The notes under the pieces were generated by a model that saw nothing but the letters and a program-made list of their open reading frames with translations, made no database searches and was not told where the DNA came from. From assembly GCA_946186735.1 (NCBI GenBank), contig CAMHOK010000001.1, positions 446 through 64,445 on the forward strand: DNA of 64,000 nucleotides. Reading direction: 5' to 3'. Positions 55,971 through 64,000 of this stretch are shown piece after piece. The stretch comes from an uncultured Bacteroidales bacterium (GTDB lineage: Bacteria; Bacteroidota; Bacteroidia; Bacteroidales; Paludibacteraceae). The translations under genes were made by a program, and so were the position numbers. How positions within the stretch are numbered: position 1 is the stretch's first letter; each line of letters opens with the position of its first letter.

Positions 55971-57308
55971 TTATTCCCACATAAGGCTATTGAGTTGTCC
56001 TCGATAGACATCAGAGAGCATCTGTCCGTTGTTTTGTCCGCCGATGATATAGATATATCCGTCGTTGACGAAGACGCTGTGTCGGTGTCTTTGTTTGTAT
56101 GTCTGAGGTAGTCGGTTGTGTGTGGTGTCGGGTAGTTGGAAGGTATAACCTTCGTTGTTAGACACCATCAGGTTTTCTTGCAGTTTGTTTTTGTCGTCCA
56201 CTCCGCCGAAGAGGAAGATTGAGTAGAGATAAGGAACGATAGCATGTTGTGCGATGGGTTGGTTTTTGATAGCGGTGCTATAGTCAGCCCATCGATAAGC
56301 GTTAGTGTTGGTTATTTTCTCGAGTCCCCATCGTGTGTTGAGCATGTTTCCTTTCTTGTCGTACCCGCCCATGACGAAGGCTCGTGGTCTGAGGCTGGCA
56401 TTGTCGTAGGTAGTGGCGGCGAAGTCGGAGACGGGGAAGTTGTCGGGCAGAGGTGTGTCTTGTCGTTTCCACTGTTTGCCATCTTTAGAAGTGGCGATAT
56501 AGTAGTTGTCGGATGTTTTATCTTTGGCCAGGGCCCATATTGAGTCTTCGAACTGGAAGTATAGGTTCTCGATGGTGAAGGTCTCGGCAGAGATGTCGTT
56601 GGCTGTCCATGTGAGTCCGTCAGGAGATGTATAGACCTCGTCTGATGCGGCACATATCACTTGCTTGTCGAGGGCGAGCACTCGTCTGGGGTCGCACTTG
56701 ACGGGCATGTGTGAGGTCTGTTGTGTCCACGTAGCGGCGTCGGGTGAGGTATATGTGTAGGTCTCGAGTCCGTCGTTGATGAGCAGGAAGAAGGTGGAGT
56801 TGAAGTAGAAAGCTTTCTGTTCGCCGTTGCGCAGGTTAGTGATACTTTCGGTCAGTTGTGTCCACGAATAGAGATAGGGGTCCACCTTATGCACATTGAC
56901 GAAGATCTTGTACCAGCGGTGTGTTGACAGGTCGCTGGATATGACATGCAGCTTGACCGGCCTTGGCTCGAAGTTTATGGTGTCGTAGCCTTTGAGTTCG
57001 ATGGTGTCGCTGTCGGAGATGAGAATGGCGGCAGCGGGTGTGGCCTTGAAAGTGAAGGCGGGTATGACTCGGTCTATCCTTGTGAGGTAGTCGAGCGAGT
57101 CGGAGTTATAGACGAGTCCGGTGTCGCTGAGCTCTTCGATAGTGAAGTCTGCATATTTGAGTCCGGGTATGGTGTCGTTAGCACGGAAGGTGAGCGATGC
57201 GAGAGTGGCATCGGACGAGAGTACGGGCTTGTTGTTGGTCGTTGTTGTACACGAAGCGAGCCCTAAGAGAGCAAGCAGGGTGAGTAATATGTATGAGTGT
57301 TTGAGCAT
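55971..57308 (-). CDS. Lipoprotein with Kelch-like beta-propeller repeats
   Basis: Signal/lipobox LLGLASC. Repeated GG-containing blades (FVMGGYDKKGN, IFLFGGVDDKN, IYIIGGQNNGQ). Confidence 0.55.
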   Translation of the reverse strand: MLKHSYILLTLLALLGLASCTTTTNNKPVLSSDATLASLTFRANDTIPGLKYADFTIEELSDTGLVYNSDSLDYLTRIDRVIPAFTFKATPAAAILISDSDTIELKGYDTINFEPRPVKLHVISSDLSTHRWYKIFVNVHKVDPYLYSWTQLTESITNLRNGEQKAFYFNSTFFLLINDGLETYTYTSPDAATWTQQTSHMPVKCDPRRVLALDKQVICAASDEVYTSPDGLTWTANDISAETFTIENLYFQFEDSIWALAKDKTSDNYYIATSKDGKQWKRQDTPLPDNFPVSDFAATTYDNASLRPRAFVMGGYDKKGNMLNTRWGLEKITNTNAYRWADYSTAIKNQPIAQHAIVPYLYSIFLFGGVDDKNKLQENLMVSNNEGYTFQLPDTTHNRLPQTYKQRHRHSVFVNDGYIYIIGGQNNGQMLSDVYRGQLNSLMWE

Positions 57309-57331
57309 CTTATAAATATTGTGGGTTGGTT

Positions 57332-57934
57332 TTATTTGATGATGTTGGTTTCAGTAACGATGATGTCCATGTTCTTGTCTCGGAAGTTGTGTGGTAGTGT
57401 GGTGTCGATAAGCTGATAGTCGTATCCTACTCCCATCTTTTTTGCTTTGTTGTTTTTGTTGAGGAATCGGTCGTAATATCCTCCTCCTCTTCCGAGTCGA
57501 TGTTTGAGGTGGTCGAAAGCCACGGCCGGTATGATGATGAGGTCGATAGGTCCTTTGTAGGCTTTCCCTTGCGGTTCGGGTATGCCGAACTTGCCTCTAT
57601 GCAGTTCTTGTTTGGGTGCGAAAGGTTTGACTTCGATGGATGTGCGGTGTACGACAGGGAGGTAGAAGTGTTTGGTGTCGGCATATTGTTCGACAAGTTT
57701 GATTAGGTCCACTTCGTGTCGGATGGGGTAATAGAGCATTATGTGTTGTGCTTGCTGGAAGATGTCGGTTTGTTCTATCTGTTGTCTTATTTTTTCTGAG
57801 CGTTGTTGCACATCCTCTCTGCTCATTATTCGCCTGCGTTGCAATATTCTTTCTCTCACTCTTTCTTTTTCCTTTTTTATTCGTCTTGAAGGAAAGAGGT
57901 TAAGCAGGTCGTGGAAGGTATATCTGAGTGTCAT
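57332..57934 (-). CDS. 5-formyltetrahydrofolate cyclo-ligase
   Basis: IIPAVAFDHLKHRLGRGGGYYDRFL signature. Confidence 0.88.
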   Translation of the reverse strand: MTLRYTFHDLLNLFPSRRIKKEKERVRERILQRRRIMSREDVQQRSEKIRQQIEQTDIFQQAQHIMLYYPIRHEVDLIKLVEQYADTKHFYLPVVHRTSIEVKPFAPKQELHRGKFGIPEPQGKAYKGPIDLIIIPAVAFDHLKHRLGRGGGYYDRFLNKNNKAKKMGVGYDYQLIDTTLPHNFRDKNMDIIVTETNIIK

Positions 57935-57963
57935 GGTTTGTGAGTGGTTGTGGGTTGGTGTTG

Positions 57964-58728
57964 TCAGTCTCGTCCGAAGTCGATAGCCGGTGATTGTGCC
58001 AGTTGTTTTTTGAGCTGTTCATCGGACTCTTTGGTGAGAGGTTTTTCTCCTGTTCGGTAGTAGTATATCACTCCGTAGCTTTTGCAGCAGCATAGTCTCT
58101 CGTAGGGCAGTCGGTCGCGGAAGTAGGTCTCCACTTGGTTCCAGATGTCGAGAATGATGACATCGGCTTGTTGTCGGAGCGAGCCCATATCTTCGTAGGA
58201 GCGGTTGGCTGTTTTGTTGTGCATCTTTTGTGTTATCTGATAGTCTTTGAAGATATCGTAGTGCACTTTGACTTTGGCGATGGTTGGGTTGTAGATAGGG
58301 AAGCCTCCTGCTCGTGTTCGCTCTGTCTCTCCGTCGATGATGTTTTGTCCCCATACGAGCAAGTCTTCTTCAGATGAGAGGTCGGGCAGTATATGGTTGT
58401 TGACATCAAGTTTGTAGAGTGCTTTTTGTTCTTTGTTGATGTCTCCTCTGATGACGGCAAGGTTGAGCACTTGAATGAAGTGAGATATATACATTCTTGC
58501 GTTCTGTACTATATGTCTGTATCTTTTGTTTGCCGATACTTTCGATTGGAAGTTTTGGTGGTATTGTGTTACTTGGTTCTCGAAGGTGATGAGGAATCGT
58601 CTGGCTTCGTTGAGTGTTCTGTAGGTGAGCACTTGTTCGGTGAAGTCGGCTTCGGAGGCGCGTTGAACGGCAGTCTGCAGTGCGTGTAGTCGTGCCTGGT
58701 CGGTGTTGGGTAAACGGCGGTAGGGCAT
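57964..58728 (-). CDS. Conserved hypothetical protein
   Basis: 254-aa ORF with no antisense competitor of comparable quality, tightly packed in an operon-like array. No motif recognised. Confidence 0.5.
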   Translation of the reverse strand: MPYRRLPNTDQARLHALQTAVQRASEADFTEQVLTYRTLNEARRFLITFENQVTQYHQNFQSKVSANKRYRHIVQNARMYISHFIQVLNLAVIRGDINKEQKALYKLDVNNHILPDLSSEEDLLVWGQNIIDGETERTRAGGFPIYNPTIAKVKVHYDIFKDYQITQKMHNKTANRSYEDMGSLRQQADVIILDIWNQVETYFRDRLPYERLCCCKSYGVIYYYRTGEKPLTKESDEQLKKQLAQSPAIDFGRD

Positions 58729-58751
58729 GATATTGACTGTTTTAGTTTATA

Positions 58752-59708
58752 TTATTTTTCTCTTTTCATCAGTTGTAGTGCGATGTGTCGGAGTTGTTGG
58801 AGCTGTTGTGGAGCGGCGTTGAGCAGGTTGAGTTGTTCAAGAGCGAGTGAGGTGTAGTGTTGGATGATGTTTTCTGTTTCGTCTTGGATGTTAAGTGCGT
58901 TGTAGATGTCTCTGACGGCTGTTATCTTCTCTTGAGCGTTGATATGTGTGTCAGCGAGGAGGTTGTTGAGTTGTTCTTTTTGTTGTTGATCAGCTTTCTC
59001 AAAGGCTTTGAGCAGGAGGAAAGTCTTCTTTGCTTCGAGTATGTCGCCTCCTATGGGTTTGCCGAAGGTCTTTTCATCACCATAGGTGTCGAGCAGGTCG
59101 TCTTGCAGTTGGAAAGCCAGTCCGATGTTTATCCCGTAGTTGTAGATGTAGTCTAAGTCGTCGTGTCTGGCATCAGCGAGGAAGGCTCCTATCTGCAGTG
59201 CGGTGGCGATGAGCACGGCAGTCTTTTTCTCGATCATGTTGATGTATTGGTCGATGCTGACGCTTTTGAGTTTTTCGAAGTCCATGTCCAGTTGTTGTCC
59301 TTCGCATACGGCTGATGCCATCTTATTGAACATCCGAATGACTGAGGGTTGTTTACTCTCGCTTATTTGTGCCAGATAGGAGTAGGCTTCGATGATCATC
59401 GTGTCTCCTGAGAGTATGGCGATGTTGGTGTTCCATTTGCGGTGCACGGTAGGTCTTGAGCGTCGGAGGTCGGCGTTGTCCATGACATCGTCGTGCAGGA
59501 GAGTGAAGTTATGAAAGATCTCGATGGCTAAGGCGGCATTGTCGGCATCGGTGTTTTTGGCGGAGCCATACATCTGAGCTGCGAGCAGCAGCAGGTTGGG
59601 TCGCAACCTCTTACCTCCGTTTTGCAGGGTGTAGGCTATAGGCTCGTAGAGCGAGTAGGGCTCGCGGTGCCAATCGATGGATGATAATATCTGTTCGAAA
59701 TCGTTCAT
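58752..59708 (-). CDS. Polyprenyl diphosphate synthase
   Basis: First and second Asp-rich motifs LLHDDVMD and QLQDDLLD. Confidence 0.88.
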   Translation of the reverse strand: MNDFEQILSSIDWHREPYSLYEPIAYTLQNGGKRLRPNLLLLAAQMYGSAKNTDADNAALAIEIFHNFTLLHDDVMDNADLRRSRPTVHRKWNTNIAILSGDTMIIEAYSYLAQISESKQPSVIRMFNKMASAVCEGQQLDMDFEKLKSVSIDQYINMIEKKTAVLIATALQIGAFLADARHDDLDYIYNYGINIGLAFQLQDDLLDTYGDEKTFGKPIGGDILEAKKTFLLLKAFEKADQQQKEQLNNLLADTHINAQEKITAVRDIYNALNIQDETENIIQHYTSLALEQLNLLNAAPQQLQQLRHIALQLMKREK

Positions 59709-59715
59709 AAGTTGA

Positions 59716-60690
59716 TTATTTGAAGGAGTCTTCGATGATGTCGGTGAGCACCTCTGTAATGTTGAGGTTAGCGGCTCTTACCTGTTGTGGAATGAAGCTG
59801 GTGGCAGTCATTCCGGGGGTGGTGTTGATATCCATCACTTTAGGTATGCCGTTCTCGATGATATAGTCGGCACGGATGATTCCGTGTGCACCGATGAGGT
59901 CGTAGATACGGTCGGTGAGTTGTTGTACGCGCTGTGTCATCTGCTCGGAGATGCGGGCGGGTGTTATCTCATCGGACTCGCCATAGTACTTGGCAGCGTA
60001 GTCGAAATATTCGTTCTTAGTCACCACCTCGGTGAGTGGGAAGATGACGGAGTGTTGTTTGGTCTTGTACATGCCGCAGGTCACTTCTGTTCCTTGCATG
60101 AAGGCTTCGACGATCACTTCCTCTCCTTCGTTGAAAGCGAGTGAGATGGCGGGTCGTATCTGTTCGGGAGTCTTCACTTTGGTGCATCCGTAGCTGCTTC
60201 CTCCTGTGTTAGTCTTGATGAAGCATGGCAGTCCTACTTGTTGTATTATCTGTTCGTCGGTCATGTCGTCGGGATGTCGGAGCAGGACGGAGGTGGCGAT
60301 GTCGATGCCGAAAGCTTTGAGGAAGTGGTTGCAAGTGAACTTATTGCAAGTGAGAGCTGCAGCGAGTACGTTACAGCATGAGTAGGGCAGGTGCAGCATG
60401 TCGAAATAGCCTTGCAGTTGTCCGCTCTCGCCGGGTATGCCGTGGATGGTGATGTAGGCGTAGTCGAAATGGATGGTCTGTTGGTTGAGAGTGAAGGAGA
60501 AGTCGTTCTTGTTGACATCTACTGTTGTGTTGTCTGCAAGGAGCACTTTCCAATCAGCGGCTCTCATGACCACTATATATAGGTTGTAGCGTTCTTTATC
60601 GATGAAAGAGTAGAGTCCTTGTGCGCTGCGGAGCGACACCTCATGTTCGCTCGACTCGCCTCCTGCCACTATTGCTATTGTTCGTTTCAT
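59716..60690 (-). CDS. ddl: D-alanine--D-alanine ligase
   Basis: IAIVAGGESSEHEVSLRSA N-terminus and ATP-grasp C-terminal part (INTTPGMT). Confidence 0.92.
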   Translation of the reverse strand: MKRTIAIVAGGESSEHEVSLRSAQGLYSFIDKERYNLYIVVMRAADWKVLLADNTTVDVNKNDFSFTLNQQTIHFDYAYITIHGIPGESGQLQGYFDMLHLPYSCCNVLAAALTCNKFTCNHFLKAFGIDIATSVLLRHPDDMTDEQIIQQVGLPCFIKTNTGGSSYGCTKVKTPEQIRPAISLAFNEGEEVIVEAFMQGTEVTCGMYKTKQHSVIFPLTEVVTKNEYFDYAAKYYGESDEITPARISEQMTQRVQQLTDRIYDLIGAHGIIRADYIIENGIPKVMDINTTPGMTATSFIPQQVRAANLNITEVLTDIIEDSFK

Positions 60691-60744
60691 AGTTTGGTTG
60701 AATTTGTTTTGTGTTTGATTGTTGGTTTTATGTTTGTGTTTGAT

Positions 60745-61428
60745 TTATTGTCTTTTTAAGTTGAGTTTGTAGCCTCTGCCTCTGAGTCCTTGTATTTGTA
60801 TGTCGGGGTCGTCTTCGAGGTAGTGTTTGATATGGTTGACATAGACGCTCAGTGAGCGTTGTGCGAAATAGCTGTCGGTTTTCCACACTCGCCTTAGTAT
60901 GAATCGTTTTTCCACCACTTTGTTGATGTTCTGAGCGAGCAGAGCGAGCACTTCGTTCTCTTTGACGGAGAGGTGTTGGCTTTGTGTGTTGTGTGATAAT
61001 GTTTGTGCTTCGGTGTCGAGAGTGAAGATGCCTATCTGCATTTTTGTCTGTTGTCTTCGGAGTGCGAGTTGTGGTCGTCTGAGCCAACTGTTTATCTTAC
61101 AGACGAGCACATCGATGTCGTATGGTTTGGTTACGTACTCATCGGCTCCTGCCCTATAGGCTTGGCATATATCTTCTTTCTCGTCTTTTGATCCGATGAC
61201 GATGACGGGTAGTGTCTCGTCCACTTCTCTGAACTCCCCTACCAGGTGCATAGCGGCTGCGTTGTTAGCGGCACAATCGACGATAGCGAGGTCGTACACA
61301 GCTTCTTGCAGGCGTTCGATGATGAGGTCGGTATTGCTGAGGCTATCAACGTGAAAGCCTTTGCTCTTCAGGCTCTGCGAGAGGAGCGAGGCGTAGGCAA
61401 TATCGGTAGAGGTGAGAAGGATGTTCAT
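60745..61428 (-). CDS. OmpR/PhoB-type response regulator with atypical receiver N-terminus
   Basis: Receiver domain (DLAIVD, VTKP) plus a winged-helix output domain (RSLSVYVNHIKHYL...GRGYKL). The ATG at 61428 is preferred to the TTG at 61437. Confidence 0.8.
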   Translation of the reverse strand: MNILLTSTDIAYASLLSQSLKSKGFHVDSLSNTDLIIERLQEAVYDLAIVDCAANNAAAMHLVGEFREVDETLPVIVIGSKDEKEDICQAYRAGADEYVTKPYDIDVLVCKINSWLRRPQLALRRQQTKMQIGIFTLDTEAQTLSHNTQSQHLSVKENEVLALLAQNINKVVEKRFILRRVWKTDSYFAQRSLSVYVNHIKHYLEDDPDIQIQGLRGRGYKLNLKRQ

Positions 61429-61430
61429 AT

Positions 61431-61472
61431 AAAACAAAGGGTGTAAGGTGTGGTTAGGTCCACACCTTACAC
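61431..61472 (-). terminator. Rho-independent terminator after pepD
   Basis: Perfect 13-bp stem GTGTAAGGTGTGG/CCACACCTTACAC. On the minus strand it is followed by CCTTTGTTTTAT. Confidence 0.7.
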
Positions 61473-61479
61473 TTGTGTG

Positions 61480-62952
61480 TTAAAGTTGGCGGAGTGTTGC
61501 TAAGAGGAATTGGTAGAACATCTCCACTGTCTTGATGTTCACTTTCTCGTCGGGTGAATGCGGATGTTTGATGGTAGGTCCGAAAGAGATCATGTCCATA
61601 CCCGGGTAGTTGCGTGAGATGATGCCACATTCCAGTCCGGCATGGATGGTGATGATTCGTGGTTTGTGGTTGAACTCTTTCTCATAGACCTCGAGCATGG
61701 TGTGCAGTATGGGCGAGTTGATGTTAGGTTTCCATCCCGGGTATGAGCCGGAGAACTCGGTCTTAGCTCCGGCGAGTTGGAAACAACTCTCGATGATGCT
61801 CTGCAGCTCTTCTTTTCTTGACTCTACCGATGAGCGTGTGAGGCAGTAAACAGTTATCTTATATTCATCGCCATCGGTTGTCTGTCTTACTTTCTGAGTG
61901 TTGATTATTGCCAGGTTGTTGCTTGTCTCTACCACATCGGGCATCTCGGGAATCATTCTGAAGACTCCATGGGGGCAAGCAGTGACGGCGTGTATGATAG
62001 AGTCTTGTATCTCTTCAGGGACGAGCACCTCGGGCAGGTCTGTGGGTGTGACTATGAGTTGTATGCCTTCGTCCACTCCTGCATACTCGCTGAGGAAGAG
62101 GTCTTCGGTCTGTTCTGCGAGTTGTTGTATATCGTCTTCGGCGCCTTGTGGTACGGTGATGACAGCTTCTGCTTCTCTTGGTATCGAGTTTCTCAGTGAG
62201 CCTCCGTTGACGGAAGCGAGTCGTGCTTCGTAGTCAGCCACTGCCACTTTGAGGAAGCGGAAGAGCAGTTTGTTGGCATTGGCTCGTTGCAGATTGATGT
62301 CGCAGCCTGAGTGTCCGCCTTTGCATCCTTTGACAGTGACCTTGAGGGCCACATCTCCTTCGGGTACGGGTTGGGCTACATAGTCGAAAGTGAACTCTCC
62401 GTCAACGCCTCCTGCGCACCCCACATACAGCTCGCCTTCTTCTTCGGAATCGAGGTTGATGAGGGTCTTTCCTTGCAGGAACCCTCCTTTGAGAGCGAAA
62501 GCTCCGTACATACCTGTCTCTTCGTCCACGGTGAAGAAGGCCTCGAGAGGCGGGTGTTTGAGCTCTTTGTCGGCGAGCACAGCCATAGCGGTAGCGCAAC
62601 CTATGCCGTTGTCGGCGCCCAGAGTAGTGCCGTCGGCGGTAACCCAATCGCCGTCAACATAGGCGCGGATAGCGTCGTGTTCGAAATCGAACTTGACATC
62701 AGAGTTTTTCTGGGGCACCATGTCCATGTGTGCTTGCAGGATGACTCCCGGATGGCCTTCCATGCCTTGTGAAGCGGGCTTGCGAATGAGCACATTGCCG
62801 ATAGCATCACGCAAGGTGGTGAGCCCAAGCGACTTACCATATTGGTATAAGAACTCGGATATCTCTTCTTTCTTTCCCGAAGGACGGGGGATTTGAGTGA
62901 TGGCATAGAAGTTTTGCCAAACGCTCTTTGGGTTGAGGTCTTGTAGTGTCAT
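61480..62952 (-). CDS. pepD: Aminoacyl-histidine dipeptidase (M20C)
   Basis: LQAHMDMV, GADNGIG and TVDEETGM motifs of PepD-type M20 peptidases. Confidence 0.9.
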   Translation of the reverse strand: MTLQDLNPKSVWQNFYAITQIPRPSGKKEEISEFLYQYGKSLGLTTLRDAIGNVLIRKPASQGMEGHPGVILQAHMDMVPQKNSDVKFDFEHDAIRAYVDGDWVTADGTTLGADNGIGCATAMAVLADKELKHPPLEAFFTVDEETGMYGAFALKGGFLQGKTLINLDSEEEGELYVGCAGGVDGEFTFDYVAQPVPEGDVALKVTVKGCKGGHSGCDINLQRANANKLLFRFLKVAVADYEARLASVNGGSLRNSIPREAEAVITVPQGAEDDIQQLAEQTEDLFLSEYAGVDEGIQLIVTPTDLPEVLVPEEIQDSIIHAVTACPHGVFRMIPEMPDVVETSNNLAIINTQKVRQTTDGDEYKITVYCLTRSSVESRKEELQSIIESCFQLAGAKTEFSGSYPGWKPNINSPILHTMLEVYEKEFNHKPRIITIHAGLECGIISRNYPGMDMISFGPTIKHPHSPDEKVNIKTVEMFYQFLLATLRQL

Positions 62953-62981
62953 GGTTGTAGTGTTGTTAAATTAAGTCGCTG

Positions 62982-62989
62982 CAAAGTTA
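62982..62989 (-). promoter_or_regulatory. -7 box TAACTTTG for pepD
   Basis: Minus-strand TAnnTTTG match 30 nt upstream of the start. Confidence 0.5.
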
Positions 62990-63019
62990 AGAATTTTAAT
63001 TTTCATGGGCAAGCATTTT

Positions 63020-63059
63020 ACGAATAAGGCAGCAATTTTATTTTTGCTGCCTTATTCGT
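63020..63059 (-). terminator. Perfect 16-bp hairpin downstream of the HIT gene
   Basis: ACGAATAAGGCAGCAA / TTGCTGCCTTATTCGT with an 8-nt A/T loop. No clear T-tract follows. Confidence 0.5.
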
Positions 63060-63091
63060 AGATTGCAAGAAGCCTATAATCAAATGATTGC

Positions 63092-63502
63092 TTACGGCTC
63101 TTCGTCGATATAATGTGCGATAGAATTAGCTATTTGTGCCATCTCGTCGGTAGAGAGTTGCAGTTTGGGGTTAGAGAAGAGCATATCTTTCTCTGAGTTG
63201 AGTGGGACGAGGTGTATGTGCACATGGTTAACTTCCATGCCTAAGACCGCCATTCCGACGCGTTTGCAGTCGGTTGCTTTCTGCAGTCCTTTAGCCACCA
63301 TCTTAGCGAAGATTATCATGTCGGCGAGTGTTTGGTCATCGAGGTTGAAGATATAGTCTTCTTCGGGTTCCGGGAGTTTAGGAACGACGAGTGTGTGTCC
63401 TTTGGTGAGCGGGTTGATGTCGAGGAAGGCATAGAAGCGGTCGTCTTCTGCCACTTTGAACGAAGGGATGTCTCCGTTGATGATTTTGGTGAAGAGAGTC
63501 AT
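63092..63502 (-). CDS. HIT-family (histidine triad) protein
   Basis: HVHIHLVP histidine triad. Confidence 0.9.
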   Translation of the reverse strand: MTLFTKIINGDIPSFKVAEDDRFYAFLDINPLTKGHTLVVPKLPEPEEDYIFNLDDQTLADMIIFAKMVAKGLQKATDCKRVGMAVLGMEVNHVHIHLVPLNSEKDMLFSNPKLQLSTDEMAQIANSIAHYIDEEP

Positions 63503-63527
63503 GGCGTTTAGTGTTTAGAGTTTGCGT

Positions 63528-63998
63528 TTAGAGAGATATTTCGAGCACTTCGAACTCCATGAGTCCGGCGGGCACTTGTACTTTTGCCACTTGTCCTACT
63601 TTCTTCCCGAGCAGAGCTTGTGCTATGGGAGTCTTGACCGACAGTTTGCCTTCTTTGAAGTTGGCTTCGCTCTCGGTTACGAGTTGGTAGGACATGATAG
63701 CTCCGGTCTTGACGTTCTTGATCTTGACCTTGGTGAGCACCTGTACTTCTTTGGTGTTGATACGGCTCTCGTCGATGATGCGTGCATCCATGATTTTCTC
63801 TTTGAGCAGTGCGATTTTCGACTCCAGTTTGCCTTGTTCTTCTTTTGCTGCATCATATTCAGCGTTCTCGCTCAGATCTCCTTTGTCGCGAGCCTCCTGA
63901 ATGGCGGCAATAACGCGAGGACGTTCAACGCCCTCAAGATAGACGAGTTCGTCTTTAAGTTTCTGCAGACCATCTGCAGTCATATAGATATTTGCCAT
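63528..63998 (-). CDS. greA: Transcription elongation factor GreA
   Basis: Coiled-coil N-terminus with DLSENAEYDAAKEEQ and a GreA C-terminal domain. Confidence 0.93.
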   Translation of the reverse strand: MANIYMTADGLQKLKDELVYLEGVERPRVIAAIQEARDKGDLSENAEYDAAKEEQGKLESKIALLKEKIMDARIIDESRINTKEVQVLTKVKIKNVKTGAIMSYQLVTESEANFKEGKLSVKTPIAQALLGKKVGQVAKVQVPAGLMEFEVLEISL

Positions 63999-64000
63999 AA

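Noticed and set aside
60691-60744. G/T-rich stretch with repeated TGTTTG motifs between ddl and the response regulator (similar stretches at 57309-57331 and 57935-57963), considered as a repeat element.
   Set aside because: On the coding (minus) strand these are the short C/A-rich leaders commonly found before Bacteroidota start codons. There is no consistent unit or shared longer sequence.
63503-63531. GTTTAG-rich spacer between greA and the HIT gene, considered as a sixth member of the 16-nt repeat family.
   Set aside because: It shares only the TTAGAG-like core. It lacks the ACAGCGCAGCGG part and the 16-nt periodicity, so the similarity is too short to claim.

Overview
This is a chromosomal segment from a Bacteroidota genome, probably Bacteroidales. 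The assignment rests on TAnnTTTG -7 promoter boxes upstream of many genes, gldH, lipoprotein-rich content and CA-rich leaders. Most of the window is housekeeping. It includes htrA, rpoD, the lipid A genes lpxD-lpxC-lpxA and lpxB-surE-glmM, and rnr. It also includes the holB-PSP1-gldH group, folE, rpsP, ychF, rpmH, rbfA and xerD. Other housekeeping genes are a GH57/GT4/debranching-enzyme glycogen cluster, manC, ddl, a polyprenyl synthase, pepD, a HIT protein and greA. There is also a six-gene glycosyltransferase/EpsG polysaccharide cluster.

Six regions stand out:
1. A 1.7-kb AT-richer islet lies next to tRNA-Arg(CCG). It is bounded by 59-bp direct repeats of the tRNA 3' end and carries only a three-gene HipB / HipA-N / HipA-kinase (HipBST-like) toxin-antitoxin module.
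2. A dispersed family of about 16-nt tandem intercistronic repeats (CTAACAGCGCAGCGGT-like) occurs at five loci. Four of the five arrays supply or directly abut the stop codon of the upstream gene.
3. A cobalamin riboswitch controls a two-gene lipoprotein operon that has no transporter gene.
4. An orphan three-gene cassette has a phage lysis architecture: a small 2-TM protein, a DUF5675-like protein, and a protein with a lipoprotein signal plus a C-terminal TM helix.
5. A TonB-dependent receptor is paired with a signal-peptide-bearing HMA (CxxC) protein.
6. Smaller oddities include a stand-alone LpxC, a frameshifted DUF5686-type gene, 3'-end tandem duplications and an atypical orphan response regulator.

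No CRISPR array, rRNA, transposase or integrase gene was seen. All calls come from reading the sequence and the ORF translations. No searches or computations were run.
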